The position numbers and the translations under genes are program-made. A stretch of DNA of 64,000 bases, from contig CAXXLZ010000002.1 in the NCBI GenBank assembly GCA_963675595.2, forward strand, positions 3,648,001 through 3,712,000, read 5' to 3'. The notes below the pieces were generated by a model. The model worked only from the letters and a program-made list of their open reading frames with translations. It did not search any database and was not told the DNA's origin. Below, one piece after another: positions 1-10,224 of the stretch (position 1 is the first letter of the stretch; every line of letters starts with the position of its first letter). The stretch comes from Thermodesulfobacteriota bacterium. Lineage in GTDB: Bacteria; Desulfobacterota; Desulfarculia; JACQYL01.

Positions 1-922
1 CCCGGGCGCCAACAACACGGCTGCCTGGTATTCCCGCCTGTGGGACGAAAGCCGCGACCGATTCTTCGTGACCGAAGACATCGACGGCGTCACCGTCAAC
101 CTGCCCACCGTGACGGCCAAGGCCAAAGTGGACAAAGTGTTCGAGCGTTTCGACGCGGTTGCCGGCATCAACTGCGAACTGCTCGGCACAGGGCGGGGAA
201 TCGCCGGCCAGGGAGCGTTTACGGATGAAGGCATTGGACCAGAAAACCATATGGCGCTGGGTGGCGACGACGTATGGTTGGCACGGGAACAGGCCGTCGG
301 AGAGCTGCCCTATGATGGCGGCACGGCAAGCAACGTGCTGGATCGCGGCGGCATGATCCTCCTGGGACGTTTTTTTGCAGACCAGAGCGGACTGGTCGCC
401 GACTACGCCAATCGCATGGTCCTTTGGGCGGACACCAACCAGGCTTCGAGCAGCAAGCCGAGAAGCGTGGTTTTGTTCGTGTGCGACGAAGAGGAGGGCT
501 GCTTCTCCTTCCCTCTGGATTTGCCCTACGAACTGAACGTCATCGTGCTGGACGACGTGATCGGTACGATCCTTTCCGGTCATATTTTCTTCCACACCCG
601 CCAGATCGTGAATCCCAACAGCCAAAACGTACAGGTTCCCTACTGGCGTGAAGTGACCGGAAACGGCGAGGCCTTTCCCGGGGGCACCACCGGCTACACG
701 AACGCATGGTATCCGGTGTCCGCCGACGGCACGGCCCTGGAACACGGCAACCAGTTGCAACTCCTCGGCTGGACGCTGAACATCGGGTTCGGTGAGGTCG
801 TGGGAGGTTACGACACAAGTTGGAGCGCGGCGTTTCCCATGATTCGTCGTTACCAAGTGGGGCCTGCAGACACTACCACCCTGCGCCTTATTCCATTGGA
901 CGGCGACGACCAGCCCTTCTAA
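1..922 (+). CDS. Secreted cell-surface (S-layer-like) protein, tandem copy 1, 5'-truncated by window edge
   Basis: The frame is open from nt 2 (PGANNTAAWYSRLWDESRDRF...) and nearly identical to the C-terminal half of 1418..3031. Confidence 0.85.
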   Translation, partial: PGANNTAAWYSRLWDESRDRFFVTEDIDGVTVNLPTVTAKAKVDKVFERFDAVAGINCELLGTGRGIAGQGAFTDEGIGPENHMALGGDDVWLAREQAVGELPYDGGTASNVLDRGGMILLGRFFADQSGLVADYANRMVLWADTNQASSSKPRSVVLFVCDEEEGCFSFPLDLPYELNVIVLDDVIGTILSGHIFFHTRQIVNPNSQNVQVPYWREVTGNGEAFPGGTTGYTNAWYPVSADGTALEHGNQLQLLGWTLNIGFGEVVGGYDTSWSAAFPMIRRYQVGPADTTTLRLIPLDGDDQPF

Positions 923-987
923 GGCAATCGACTGCTGCAATCCGAGGCACGTCCATTCGACGGCCCGCAATCAAGCAGACTGATCCG

Positions 988-1022
988 GAGGCTGAGGGAT
1001 TTTTCCTCAGCCTCTTCTTTTT
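988..1022 (+). terminator. Rho-independent terminator after copy 1
   Basis: GAGGCTGAGG-GATTTTT-CCTCAGCCTC perfect stem followed by TTCTTTTT. Confidence 0.75.
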
Positions 1023-1417
1023 GAGCACATCGCGGCCAACCCACCCACCGTTTTCGCAAAATGACCTACGGAATCTCCATTGAGATCAAAAGCAGTCCCA
1101 TCCGACAAAGGCATCCGCTTCCGAATCCCGGCAGCAGAAATTCAAGGTGGGATTTTGAGGGAAATACCAGGGACAAACCAATCGGAAGGTTGGTAAGAAG
1201 AAAACAGCTGGATGAAGGCCGGCTGTTGCAACTCCCTTGGTTGCGTTGTAATGCACTTTGGTGTATATAATCACAATCGGAAGACCTATGATCAGAATTC
1301 ATGGTAGGTAGTGCCATGGGGCAAGTTCGGCATCCGAACCTGGAGTTACGGAAGATAAAGTCGCTTTTTCGGCCACAGTGAAAGGAATTCAACCAACATT
1401 GTCAGGGGAGAAAGAGG

Positions 1418-3031
1418 ATGAAGGGATCAAGCAACAAGTTGTTGGTCTTCGCCTTGGTCGCGGTCATGACCATGTCGTTTGCCGGGGTCGCAAAAGCGGG
1501 AGCGTACGGCGTTCCGGACCCCACGCCGGGTGCCGTGGTAACGGGATGGTTCGATCTGGCGGTGGACGGCACGGACGATGTGCTTCCGGTTATCGTGAAC
1601 ATGGGCGGCAGCGCCGACCAGATCGTGCATTTCATTATCTGGAACCGTGAAAGCGCTCACGTATGGGACAAGAACATCACGTTGACGCCTTGGGATGCTT
1701 CTCCGCAGGAGTTCGGCAACATCCGCGGCGTGATCGAAAACGAAATGGCGCAGGGCCAGAGAAACAACCTCAAAGTGACCATGACCTACGCCGACGAAAC
1801 CACGGAGGAGCGTTACCAGGGCTACTGGACGGCCGCCACGGTTTACGAGACGGTCACCGTGACCACGCCTCAGGAACTTTCCTATCCCCACGCCTACCTG
1901 AACAAACTGGCCGGCTGGGTGTACCTGGTGGATATCGTCAAAGGGATTACGGACGGGTACCCTATGGTGGCCATCGAAGCCGCCACCCTGTGGGCCGGTG
2001 ATCAGTTTGTGGCCTTCATGCTGTCCCAGTCCGCGGATTACTTCAACCGCACCTGGTGGTGGAAGAGCAACACCGCAACCGACAGCAAGTACGCGGTGGT
2101 TGCCGCGGACAACCCGGGCGCCAACAACACGGCTGCCTGGTATTCCCGCCTGTGGGACGAAAGCCGCGACCGCTTCTTCGTAACCGAAGACATCGACGGC
2201 ATCACCGTCAACCTGCCCACCGTGACGGCCAAGGCCAAAGTGGACAAAGTGTTCGAGCGTTTCGACGCGGTGGCCGGTATCAACTGCGAGCTGCTCGGCA
2301 CGGGGCAAGGGATCGCCGGCCAGGTAGCCCCTCCGGATGAAGGCATTGGAATCGCCATAAGGATGACCGCGAGTGGCGACGACGTGTGGCTGGCTCGGAG
2401 CCCCGCCGTGGGCGAGCTGCCCTACGACGGAGGCACGGCGAGCAATGTGCTGGATCGCGGTGGAATGATTCTCCTGGGACGCTTCTTCGCGGACCAGAGC
2501 GGATTGGTCGCCGACTACGCCAATCGCATGGTCCTTTGGGCCGATACCAACCAAGCTTCGAGCAGCAAGCCGAGAAGCGTGGTTTTGTTCGTGTGCGACG
2601 AAGAAGAAGGCTGCTTCTCCTTCCCCCTGGATCTACCTTATGAGCTGAACGTGATCGTGCTGGACGACTTGATCGGTACGATCCTTTCCGGTCATATTTT
2701 CTTCCACACCCGCCAGATCGTGAATCCCAACAGCCAAAACGTACAGGTTCCCTACTGGCGTGAAGTGACCGGAAACGGCGAGGCCTTTCCCAGGGGCACC
2801 ACCGGCTACACGAACGCGTGGTATCCGGTGTCCGCCGACGGCACGGCTCTGGAACACGGCAACCAGTTGCAACTTCTCGGCTGGACGCTGAACATCGGGT
2901 TCGGGGAGGTCGTGGGAGGCTTTGACACGAGTTGGAGCGCAGCGTTTCCCATGATTCGTCGCTACCAGGTGGGGCCGGCCGAGATTACCACCCTGCGCCT
3001 GATACCCTTGGACGGCGGAGAAGTCTCCTAA
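1418..3031 (+). CDS. Secreted cell-surface (S-layer-like) protein, tandem copy 2 (537 aa)
   Basis: RBS GGGGAG/GAGG and a signal peptide ending AKA/AGA. The N-terminal PTPGAVVTGWFD..IVN..IVHFIIWNRES.HVWDKNITLTPWD resembles proteobacterial/acidobacterial surface-layer proteins (family call is inference). Confidence 0.85.
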   Translation: MKGSSNKLLVFALVAVMTMSFAGVAKAGAYGVPDPTPGAVVTGWFDLAVDGTDDVLPVIVNMGGSADQIVHFIIWNRESAHVWDKNITLTPWDASPQEFGNIRGVIENEMAQGQRNNLKVTMTYADETTEERYQGYWTAATVYETVTVTTPQELSYPHAYLNKLAGWVYLVDIVKGITDGYPMVAIEAATLWAGDQFVAFMLSQSADYFNRTWWWKSNTATDSKYAVVAADNPGANNTAAWYSRLWDESRDRFFVTEDIDGITVNLPTVTAKAKVDKVFERFDAVAGINCELLGTGQGIAGQVAPPDEGIGIAIRMTASGDDVWLARSPAVGELPYDGGTASNVLDRGGMILLGRFFADQSGLVADYANRMVLWADTNQASSSKPRSVVLFVCDEEEGCFSFPLDLPYELNVIVLDDLIGTILSGHIFFHTRQIVNPNSQNVQVPYWREVTGNGEAFPRGTTGYTNAWYPVSADGTALEHGNQLQLLGWTLNIGFGEVVGGFDTSWSAAFPMIRRYQVGPAEITTLRLIPLDGGEVS

Positions 3032-3324
3032 AGCAATCGACTGCTGCAATCCGAGGCACGTGCGTCCGACGGCCGTCGATCGAGCAGACTGATCGGGAGG
3101 CTGATAGATTTTTCCTCAGCCTCTTCTTTCTGTTCCGACTCCCCGGGTTGCGGCGTAAGGTATTTTGGGGTAAATATTCCCATTCGGAAGCGATACGACC
3201 ATAATGCATGATAGGTAGCGCCATGGGGGAAGCTCGGCATCCGAAACTGGAGTTCTGAAAGACAAAGTCGTTTTTTCGGGTGTAGTGAATGGACTTCAAC
3301 CGACATCGTCAGGGGAGAAACAGG

Positions 3325-4881
3325 ATGAAGGGATTAAGCAGCAGGTTGTTGGTCGTCGCCTTGGTCGCGGTTTTGACCATGGCGTGTGCCGGTGTCGCAA
3401 AGGCGGGAGCGTACGGCGTTCCGGATCCCACACCGGGTGCCGTGGTAACGGGATGGTTCGATCTGGCGGTGGACGGCACGGACGATGTGCTGCCCGTGAT
3501 CGTGAATATGGGCGGCAGCAGCGATCAGATCGTGCATTTCATCATTTGGAACCGCGAGAGCGCTCACGTGTGGGACAAGAACATCACCCTCACGCCCTGG
3601 GACGCTTCTCCGCAGGAGTTCGGCAACATCCGCGGTGTGATCGAGAATGAAATGGCGCAAGGTCAGAGAAACAACCTCAAAGTGACCATGACTTTCGCAG
3701 ATGAAACCACGGAGGAACGTTACCAGGGATATTGGACGGCGGCCACGGTGTACGAATCGGTGACCGTGACCACGCCTCAGGAACTTTCCTATCCCCACGC
3801 CTACCTGAACAAGCTGGCCGGATGGGTGTACCTGGTGGACATCGTCAAAGGAATTACGGACGGCTATCCCATGGTGGCCATTGAAGCCGCCACACTGTGG
3901 GCTTCGGACCAGTACGCAGGCTTTACGGTGGGCAACTCCGCGGACTATTTCAACCGATCGTGGTTTTTGAAGAGCAACACGGCCGCCGACAGCAAGTACG
4001 CGGTGGTGCCTGCGGACAACCCCGGCTCCAACACCTCGCCCGCCTGGTATTCCCGTTTGTGGGATGAAAGCCGCGATCGCTTCTTTGTGACCGAAGACAT
4101 CGACGGCATCACCGTGAATCTACCCACCGTCACGGCCAAGGCGCAAGTGAACAAAGTGTTCGAGCGCTTCGACGCGGTGGCGGGTATAGGCAGCCAGCTC
4201 CTGAGCATGGGGCAAACCACCATCGGCGATGATGTGTGGCTGGCCCGGAATCCGTCCCAGGGCGAGCTGCCCTTTGACGGCGGCACCGCCAGCAACGTAC
4301 TGGATCGGGGCGGCATGATCCTCCTGGGACGCTTCTTCGCGGATCAGAGCGGTCTGATTGCCGATTACGCCAATCGCATGATCATCTGGGCGGATACCAA
4401 CCAGGCTTCCAGCAGCAAGCCGAGAAGCGTGGTATTGTTCGTGTGCGACGAAGAGGAAGGCTGCTTCTCCTTCCCTCTGGACTTGCCTTACGAACTGAAC
4501 GTCATCGTGCTGGACGACGTAATCGGTACCATCCTGTCGGGCCACATCTATTTTCATACCCGCCAGATCGTGAACCCCAACAGCCAAAACGTGATCGTCC
4601 CATATGTACGTGAAGTGACCACCAACGGCGAGGGCTTCATCGGCGGACCTATCGGAGATTATCAGAGCGCCTATTATCCGGTCCTCGGAGGCGGCACGGC
4701 TCTGGAACACGGCAACCAGCTGCAACTCCTCGGTTGGACTCTCAACATCGGATTCGGTGAGGTCATCGGGGGATTTGAAACGAGTTGGAGCGCCGCATTT
4801 CCCATGATCCGCCGCTACCAAGTGGGCCCGGCAAACATGACCACGATGGGCCTCGTCCAGCTGGACGGCGAACGGCGGTAG
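3325..4881 (+). CDS. Secreted cell-surface (S-layer-like) protein, tandem copy 3 (518 aa)
   Basis: Paralog of copy 2 with the same RBS context. ATG at 3325 aligns with the copy 2 start; one loop has a 19-aa deletion. Confidence 0.85.
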   Translation: MKGLSSRLLVVALVAVLTMACAGVAKAGAYGVPDPTPGAVVTGWFDLAVDGTDDVLPVIVNMGGSSDQIVHFIIWNRESAHVWDKNITLTPWDASPQEFGNIRGVIENEMAQGQRNNLKVTMTFADETTEERYQGYWTAATVYESVTVTTPQELSYPHAYLNKLAGWVYLVDIVKGITDGYPMVAIEAATLWASDQYAGFTVGNSADYFNRSWFLKSNTAADSKYAVVPADNPGSNTSPAWYSRLWDESRDRFFVTEDIDGITVNLPTVTAKAQVNKVFERFDAVAGIGSQLLSMGQTTIGDDVWLARNPSQGELPFDGGTASNVLDRGGMILLGRFFADQSGLIADYANRMIIWADTNQASSSKPRSVVLFVCDEEEGCFSFPLDLPYELNVIVLDDVIGTILSGHIYFHTRQIVNPNSQNVIVPYVREVTTNGEGFIGGPIGDYQSAYYPVLGGGTALEHGNQLQLLGWTLNIGFGEVIGGFETSWSAAFPMIRRYQVGPANMTTMGLVQLDGERR

Positions 4882-4945
4882 TAGCGGGCAAGTTCGTTGA
4901 CGGTCCGGGCGTGTTTTCCAATGCCCGGCATGAATTGATTCAATG

Positions 4946-4975
4946 AAGGGGCCGAGGTGAAATTCTCGGCCCCTT
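4946..4975. terminator. Hairpin terminator between convergent genes
   Basis: AAGGGGCCGAG-GTGAAATT-CTCGGCCCCTT followed by a T-rich tract. Confidence 0.7.
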
Positions 4976-5085
4976 GTCGTTTTTGGGTTCCGCTCGACGA
5001 GTCGGCACGGATAATCGAAGACCGACATCTCCCACGAAGAGATCCCCCGCCGAGGAGTGAGACTTGTTTCCGGGGAAGGAAACCT

Positions 5086-5706
5086 CTATAGAGCCCGGCT
5101 CCAGCCGTCCTTCCTGATACGCCAGAAATGATAGGTACAGAGGCCCGACAGAAGAAGCGGGAGACCCACGCAGTGCCATGCATACCAGCGCAGCAGGGTC
5201 ATGGCGGTTTCCGGCTCATTTCCCAGGAAAACACGCGACGCTCCGGACCCTAAAAGCGGGACATTCCGCAGAAGATTCCAGCCCACCAAGCCAGCCAAAC
5301 GCCCTTGTTCGTCCCATCGGAGCACATACCCGCTGAAATCCAGGAGTGAAACCGTCAGAAGCAGGGTCATGCCTATGACCCAGTTGAGACGCCGGGGAGG
5401 CAGGTAGGCCCGGGTCAGGACGACACGGGTCATGTGCAGCAAAACCGCGACGAGCATGAGCTGTGCGGAGACATAGTGCAGGGATCGTAACAACCTGCCG
5501 AAAGGAACGGCTGAATCGATATCGGCTATGGAGGAGGGCGCGCTGCCGGGAAGGGGCAAATAAAAAAACATGAGGAGTGCGCCGGTCACCACGAGGACAA
5601 TAAAGAAGAAGAACGCCGTTCCTCCCAAACAAAAAGTCTCGGAAAAGGAAATTCGGGTTTCCGAAAGCCGGGCCGGGTGCAGATGGCGGAAGAAACCTTG
5701 AGTCAC
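5086..5706 (-). CDS. Cytochrome b/b6 N-terminal domain protein
   Basis: HLHP..FCLGG, TGALLMFFY, RSLHYVSAQLM..LLHMTRV, NWVIG, SGYVLRWD, YAWHC..YHFWRIRKDG heme-ligand pattern; GTG start with AAGGAG RBS. Confidence 0.88.
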   Translation of the reverse strand: MTQGFFRHLHPARLSETRISFSETFCLGGTAFFFFIVLVVTGALLMFFYLPLPGSAPSSIADIDSAVPFGRLLRSLHYVSAQLMLVAVLLHMTRVVLTRAYLPPRRLNWVIGMTLLLTVSLLDFSGYVLRWDEQGRLAGLVGWNLLRNVPLLGSGASRVFLGNEPETAMTLLRWYAWHCVGLPLLLSGLCTYHFWRIRKDGWSRAL

Positions 5707-5864
5707 CGGTCGTATCTCCTTGAGGGGGCGTTCGGCGCAAGGGAGCGAAATACCGGAGCAACGGTTACCCGTCCCCGACGTTCGGTTTCATCATGAGATA
5801 GGAGGCGCATTTCCGGCTTACCTTGCCTGGAAAATATCAATCCGGCAAGCGGTACGGTAACCCG

Positions 5865-6914
5865 TCACATTCTGAGAAGCCAGAGTTGTCCCCCTTTTTC
5901 GTGCAGACACAAGGGCAGATGTTCTTTGAAGAAGCTCAAATGGAAGTGTTGGAGGAAACTGCTGAAAAGCGCCATCTTGAAGGCGGTGTTATATTGCAGA
6001 AACGCACGAAGTATGTACATTTCGTTCCATGCGCGGCCTTCGTATACCCACTGCTTGGGGTATTCAAAGGGATGGAAGACATCGTGGAAATGAACGTAGA
6101 CTCCAGGTTGAAGGAGGGGAAGGATTTCAAAGAAAATAAGATTCACGTCGCTGAAGACTTTGGACACGTGGGATGAATCCACGAAGAGAACGTCGCGATC
6201 ACCGAGTGAGGAAAAAACCGAGCAGTCGACGTCTTGGAGTTTCAGTGGCAGCAAACGCATCCGTTCTCGATCTCCGGGTTTGAGGAGGCTGAGGAACAAC
6301 TCGGGATCCGGGTCGATAAACGTGCAGGAAACCGAGTGGTCGAAAAACAATTCATTGGTATCGAGAATCAGCGCCGACGAAAAACCGGCGCCGATCTCCA
6401 CGATCCTGCGCGGCTGAAGGTGGCGAAGCATGCAAAACAGAAGCACGGCGTCGCCGAACCCATAATTGAAATTCTCGAACCAGAAGCGTAACGAAGGGGA
6501 TTTGCGGGAACGCACAAACGAGTCGAATACGGCATGCAGGCGTTCGATTTCGGTGGGATCGGTGGTTTGGAAGCGCTTTACGGTCAAGTCCGCCAGGAGC
6601 TCACGGGCCCCTTCGATGGGTTCATAGGGTATTTCATGATAGAAACGGGCGATTTGACGAAGCAACTCCACCTGGGAGCGCTCATTCAAGTCGATGCCCG
6701 GCAGTTCGGAAGGCATCCCGTCGAATATTCTGTTTTCGTATCGGCGAATTTCTTCGATGGACGGAAGGGGGGAGTAGTAGTGTCCCGGCGGGACGAATCG
6801 GTGGGTATCGCTTTTCAGCCGTTCGAATTGCGAAAGCGCTGCGTCCCGTTCCAGCCTTAAAGCTGCAACAGTGGGAATCCTCGAAAGAATCTTCTCGACG
6901 ACACTGTTTCTCAT
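5865..6914 (-). CDS. Class I SAM-dependent methyltransferase (Methyltransf_24-like)
   Basis: PGHYYSP, IVEIGAGFSS, DVLFVDSSHV, GVYVHFHDVF, WNEMY motifs; start codon uncertain. Confidence 0.8.
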   Translation of the reverse strand: MRNSVVEKILSRIPTVAALRLERDAALSQFERLKSDTHRFVPPGHYYSPLPSIEEIRRYENRIFDGMPSELPGIDLNERSQVELLRQIARFYHEIPYEPIEGARELLADLTVKRFQTTDPTEIERLHAVFDSFVRSRKSPSLRFWFENFNYGFGDAVLLFCMLRHLQPRRIVEIGAGFSSALILDTNELFFDHSVSCTFIDPDPELFLSLLKPGDRERMRLLPLKLQDVDCSVFSSLGDRDVLFVDSSHVSKVFSDVNLIFFEILPLLQPGVYVHFHDVFHPFEYPKQWVYEGRAWNEMYILRAFLQYNTAFKMALFSSFLQHFHLSFFKEHLPLCLHEKGGQLWLLRM

Positions 6915-7255
6915 AATACCATCGATTTTCCCCATATTTTGGCTCATGAGAAGCCTGCTTGTCCAGCCAAATCGAACATAGGGTCGGAGTCGTTTCACCC
7001 GATTGTGAAACATTTGGCGGGCGGAAGTCTTGATGGTGAGAAAGCAAAGGCGAACCAACGGCGTACCGTCACGAAGCATCAACAACTAGGGCATACCGGG
7101 TCGGGTCAAACGATTCGCCGAACAAACAGAGGGTGACGGAAATCCGGAAGCGGGACGAGAGAACTCTTTGAAATCAGGACACCAGAGGGTATGATTCTTA
7201 TGAATGAACGTTTCGCTCCATCGGAAGCACTACTGCGAATTGGGGGAGTCTCGTG

Positions 7256-7642
7256 ATGTATGAGCTGATCAGGAAGCGGTCGAAAGAGGCGGTCAAACTG
7301 ATACCCAAAGGGTATCTTTCGGATACGTCGATCAAAGAGACGATCCGTTGCGTGCTGTTTGGAATCCTCAGAGAGGAAGGCCTGGTGGCGGTACCGGCTT
7401 TTCGGAATCCCAGATTTCCCGAAGGGCCCGCCGACATGGTGGGTCTTGATCCCGTCGATGATACCGTCAAATTCGCTTTTTGCTCAAACCCGTTGGTCGA
7501 GTTGGCGGACGTGAAAAGTCTTGAGCGGATCGATGCGGAACACAAGTGTGTCATCACTTTCTCGAAGATGGAAAACAAGGTGAAACAGAGCGCCTTTTTC
7601 CTCAAGCCGGGAATCGATCACGTTGATCTCCACGGAAGCTGA
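7256..7642 (+). CDS. Hypothetical protein (128 aa)
   Basis: GGGGAG RBS and protein-like composition; no motif recognised with confidence. Confidence 0.7.
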   Translation: MYELIRKRSKEAVKLIPKGYLSDTSIKETIRCVLFGILREEGLVAVPAFRNPRFPEGPADMVGLDPVDDTVKFAFCSNPLVELADVKSLERIDAEHKCVITFSKMENKVKQSAFFLKPGIDHVDLHGS

Positions 7643-7708
7643 AGCGTCCACCGATCAGAACCCGTCTCATGCGGGCTCTCGTTCGGAGCACGAAGGAGTA
7701 CCGGCGCC

Positions 7709-8581
7709 ATGCCGAGTTCGGACATCCGTCCACTGGCCGACATCAAAGAGATTCTAACGCGACTGTCGCTGGAAGCCTTTGGGGACGAAGGCCTGCTGAG
7801 TTACGAACATTTCCGAGACCGTGATTTCGGTGAGATTTCCATTTCGGAAAAGGAATATGAAATCACCGAAAACGACAACGAAGTCTTGAGGACGGTGTCG
7901 CGGGTTCTTAAAGAGGTGGTGGACCAACTGGCGGTGGCGGAGGATTCCATCGACCGAGTCGGCCCGGAAGAGAGCTTCGAACGAAACAGCGTCGCGGCCA
8001 AAATCACCTACAAGCGAGCGCTGTATATGGTCCGCCTGGACAAGTTTTGCGAAGCGGCCAAGGCCGCGGCATTCGCCATGGACTATATTACCGACGCGGC
8101 TCCCCAGCTCAAGCTCGAGCCCCAGAAGATCATCGAGCCCGCGGTGGTGATGGCCGTGGGGCTTCTTGAGGAAACCTTCACCGCCTACATGAATCCCAAC
8201 CGGTACGTGGAAAGCGATTGCCCCTCCAGCTGCGGTTACTGTCAGGACCCTGTTTCCACGGTGGCCCAGTATTGCACTCAGTACCTGGAAAGTCTGGGAG
8301 CGGGGGACATTACCATCAAACAAATCTGGGAGACGGCTGCGGCCATGTTGGGGGGGTATCTGAAATCGAAAGGGGGAGATCTCCTCAAGATGAGTTTTCC
8401 GGAGCACATCTCCCGAAAAGCCGTAACCGCGTACAAGTTGATCCTCTACCACGGCAAAGCCGATAAGGAGATGGTGCTCGCGGCGGTGGAACATTACGCT
8501 CGCAAACTCAGAGCGTGCGAACTGGATTTCTTTATCAGCCAATATTCCGAGGAAACCCCGGTCATACCGCATGATTTTTGA
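7709..8581 (+). CDS. Hypothetical helical protein with a CxxxCxxC motif
   Basis: AAGGAG RBS; 290 aa; contains CPSSCGYC. Confidence 0.75.
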   Translation: MPSSDIRPLADIKEILTRLSLEAFGDEGLLSYEHFRDRDFGEISISEKEYEITENDNEVLRTVSRVLKEVVDQLAVAEDSIDRVGPEESFERNSVAAKITYKRALYMVRLDKFCEAAKAAAFAMDYITDAAPQLKLEPQKIIEPAVVMAVGLLEETFTAYMNPNRYVESDCPSSCGYCQDPVSTVAQYCTQYLESLGAGDITIKQIWETAAAMLGGYLKSKGGDLLKMSFPEHISRKAVTAYKLILYHGKADKEMVLAAVEHYARKLRACELDFFISQYSEETPVIPHDF

Positions 8582-8713
8582 GGTTCCCGCCGGGAAATCG
8601 ACCTTTTCCTGGATATTCGAGTATTGGGTGACTTTTCGATCCGGCCGGCGCAGCTCTCTCCGCGCATGCACTCTTGACTTCTTTGGGCGGCTTGCCTATG
8701 AGTCTGTTCCCAA

Positions 8714-10204
8714 ATGAACATCCACGACCCGAGGAACTACATGAAACGCATCACCTACTACAGCACCAACAACCGAGCGGAGAGCGCCGGTTTCCAGGAA
8801 GCCCTCATGCGGGGACTTGCCTCCAATTACGGCCTGTATATGATGGATCGTCGGGACATCCCCAAACTGTCCAAAGAGACGATTCAGTCGATGGCGGGAA
8901 AATCGTACGCTGAAACGGCTTGTGAGGTCCTCCATCCCTACCTTGTTTCCGAGATGCCGGAATCCGACGCGCAGACCCTCTTGGAAGACGCGTACGACGA
9001 ACGTGTGATCCCCACGAAGGTGCAACACGTAACGGGCGAGACTTCCATCATGTGGCTCACCCGGGGGCCCACCTACTCTTTCAAAGATTACGCCGCGAGA
9101 TTCTTTGGGCGTACGTTGAACTATTTCCTCGGCCGGACCGGCCGGAAGCGCGTGGTGTTGGTGGCCACCAGCGGCGATACCGGCGGCGCGGTGGCTGATG
9201 CCCTCCATGGCTTGGACAACGTGGACAACGTGGTCTTCTACCCCAGGACCTCCATCAGCGAGCGCCAGAGGAGGCAAATGACCACCCTGGGCGGCAATGT
9301 GTTCGCCGTGGCGGTGAACGGAGACTTCGATGTGTGTCAATCTCTGGTGAAGCGGCTTCTGGGCGATAAGGCGCTGGCGGAAGAGCTTTTTCAGGATGCC
9401 GATCGCTTCACCTCGGCCAACAGCATCAGCTTGGGGCGACTGCTGCCTCAGGCGGTCTACCCGTTCTATGCCTATTCCAGAGTGGCGACATTTGACGCAC
9501 CCATGATCGCCTCCGTACCCTCGGGCAACTTCGGAGATATGATGGGGACCGTCATTGCCCGGGAAATGGGGCTCCCCATCGGCAAGATCGTATGCGGGGT
9601 CAATGAGAACACGGAATTCCCCGACTTTCTGGAAACCGGGCGGTACGTTGTCCGCCCGTCCGTCGAATCACCCTCGTCGGCCATGATTGTATCCAACCCC
9701 AGCAACTTGGCGCGACTCATCGATCTTTACGGCGGTCACATCCATGATGAACGAGATCCCGATTCGGGGAAGGTCGTCTGCGAAGGGGTGATCGACCGGA
9801 TGCCCGACCTGGACGCCATGCGCAGGGACCTGTATTCCGTGGGGATTATGAATCCGCAGCATTTCGAGACCATTCGGGAAGTCTACGAAACGTACGGGGT
9901 GCTGCTGGATCCGCACGGGGCCGTGGGATGGCGGAGCCTTGATCTGTTTCTCGGCGGACGGCACGATCGACCGGCGGTGATTTATGAGACCGCGGATCCC
10001 GGAAAATTTCCCGAAGACATCCTGAAAGCCGTTGGGTTCCTTCCGCCGGTGCCGGCGGGTATGGCGGCCCAAGCGAACCTTGAAGAGCGGATTTACCAAG
10101 TGACCCGCGATCCCGGGCGGAAAAACGGGGCGCAGGTCCTCAGCGACGAGCAGTATCAGGAAGCCGGGGACCTGCTGCGGTCCATTTATTCCCGGAACGT
10201 TTAG
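8714..10204 (+). CDS. thrC: Threonine synthase
   Basis: GPTYSFKD (PLP lysine), ATSGDTG, SANSISLGRLLPQ, VPSGNFG, DPHGAVG motifs. Confidence 0.95.
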   Translation: MNIHDPRNYMKRITYYSTNNRAESAGFQEALMRGLASNYGLYMMDRRDIPKLSKETIQSMAGKSYAETACEVLHPYLVSEMPESDAQTLLEDAYDERVIPTKVQHVTGETSIMWLTRGPTYSFKDYAARFFGRTLNYFLGRTGRKRVVLVATSGDTGGAVADALHGLDNVDNVVFYPRTSISERQRRQMTTLGGNVFAVAVNGDFDVCQSLVKRLLGDKALAEELFQDADRFTSANSISLGRLLPQAVYPFYAYSRVATFDAPMIASVPSGNFGDMMGTVIAREMGLPIGKIVCGVNENTEFPDFLETGRYVVRPSVESPSSAMIVSNPSNLARLIDLYGGHIHDERDPDSGKVVCEGVIDRMPDLDAMRRDLYSVGIMNPQHFETIREVYETYGVLLDPHGAVGWRSLDLFLGGRHDRPAVIYETADPGKFPEDILKAVGFLPPVPAGMAAQANLEERIYQVTRDPGRKNGAQVLSDEQYQEAGDLLRSIYSRNV

Positions 10205-10224
10205 TCCGACGGCGCGACTTCCCG

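Noticed and set aside
1-4881. Diversity-generating retroelement explaining the variable patches
   Set aside because: Differences are not adenine-specific, include an indel and many synonymous changes, and no reverse transcriptase is present.
7709-8581. Radical SAM enzyme call from CxxxCxxC
   Set aside because: The motif is mid-protein and no other radical SAM motifs are visible.
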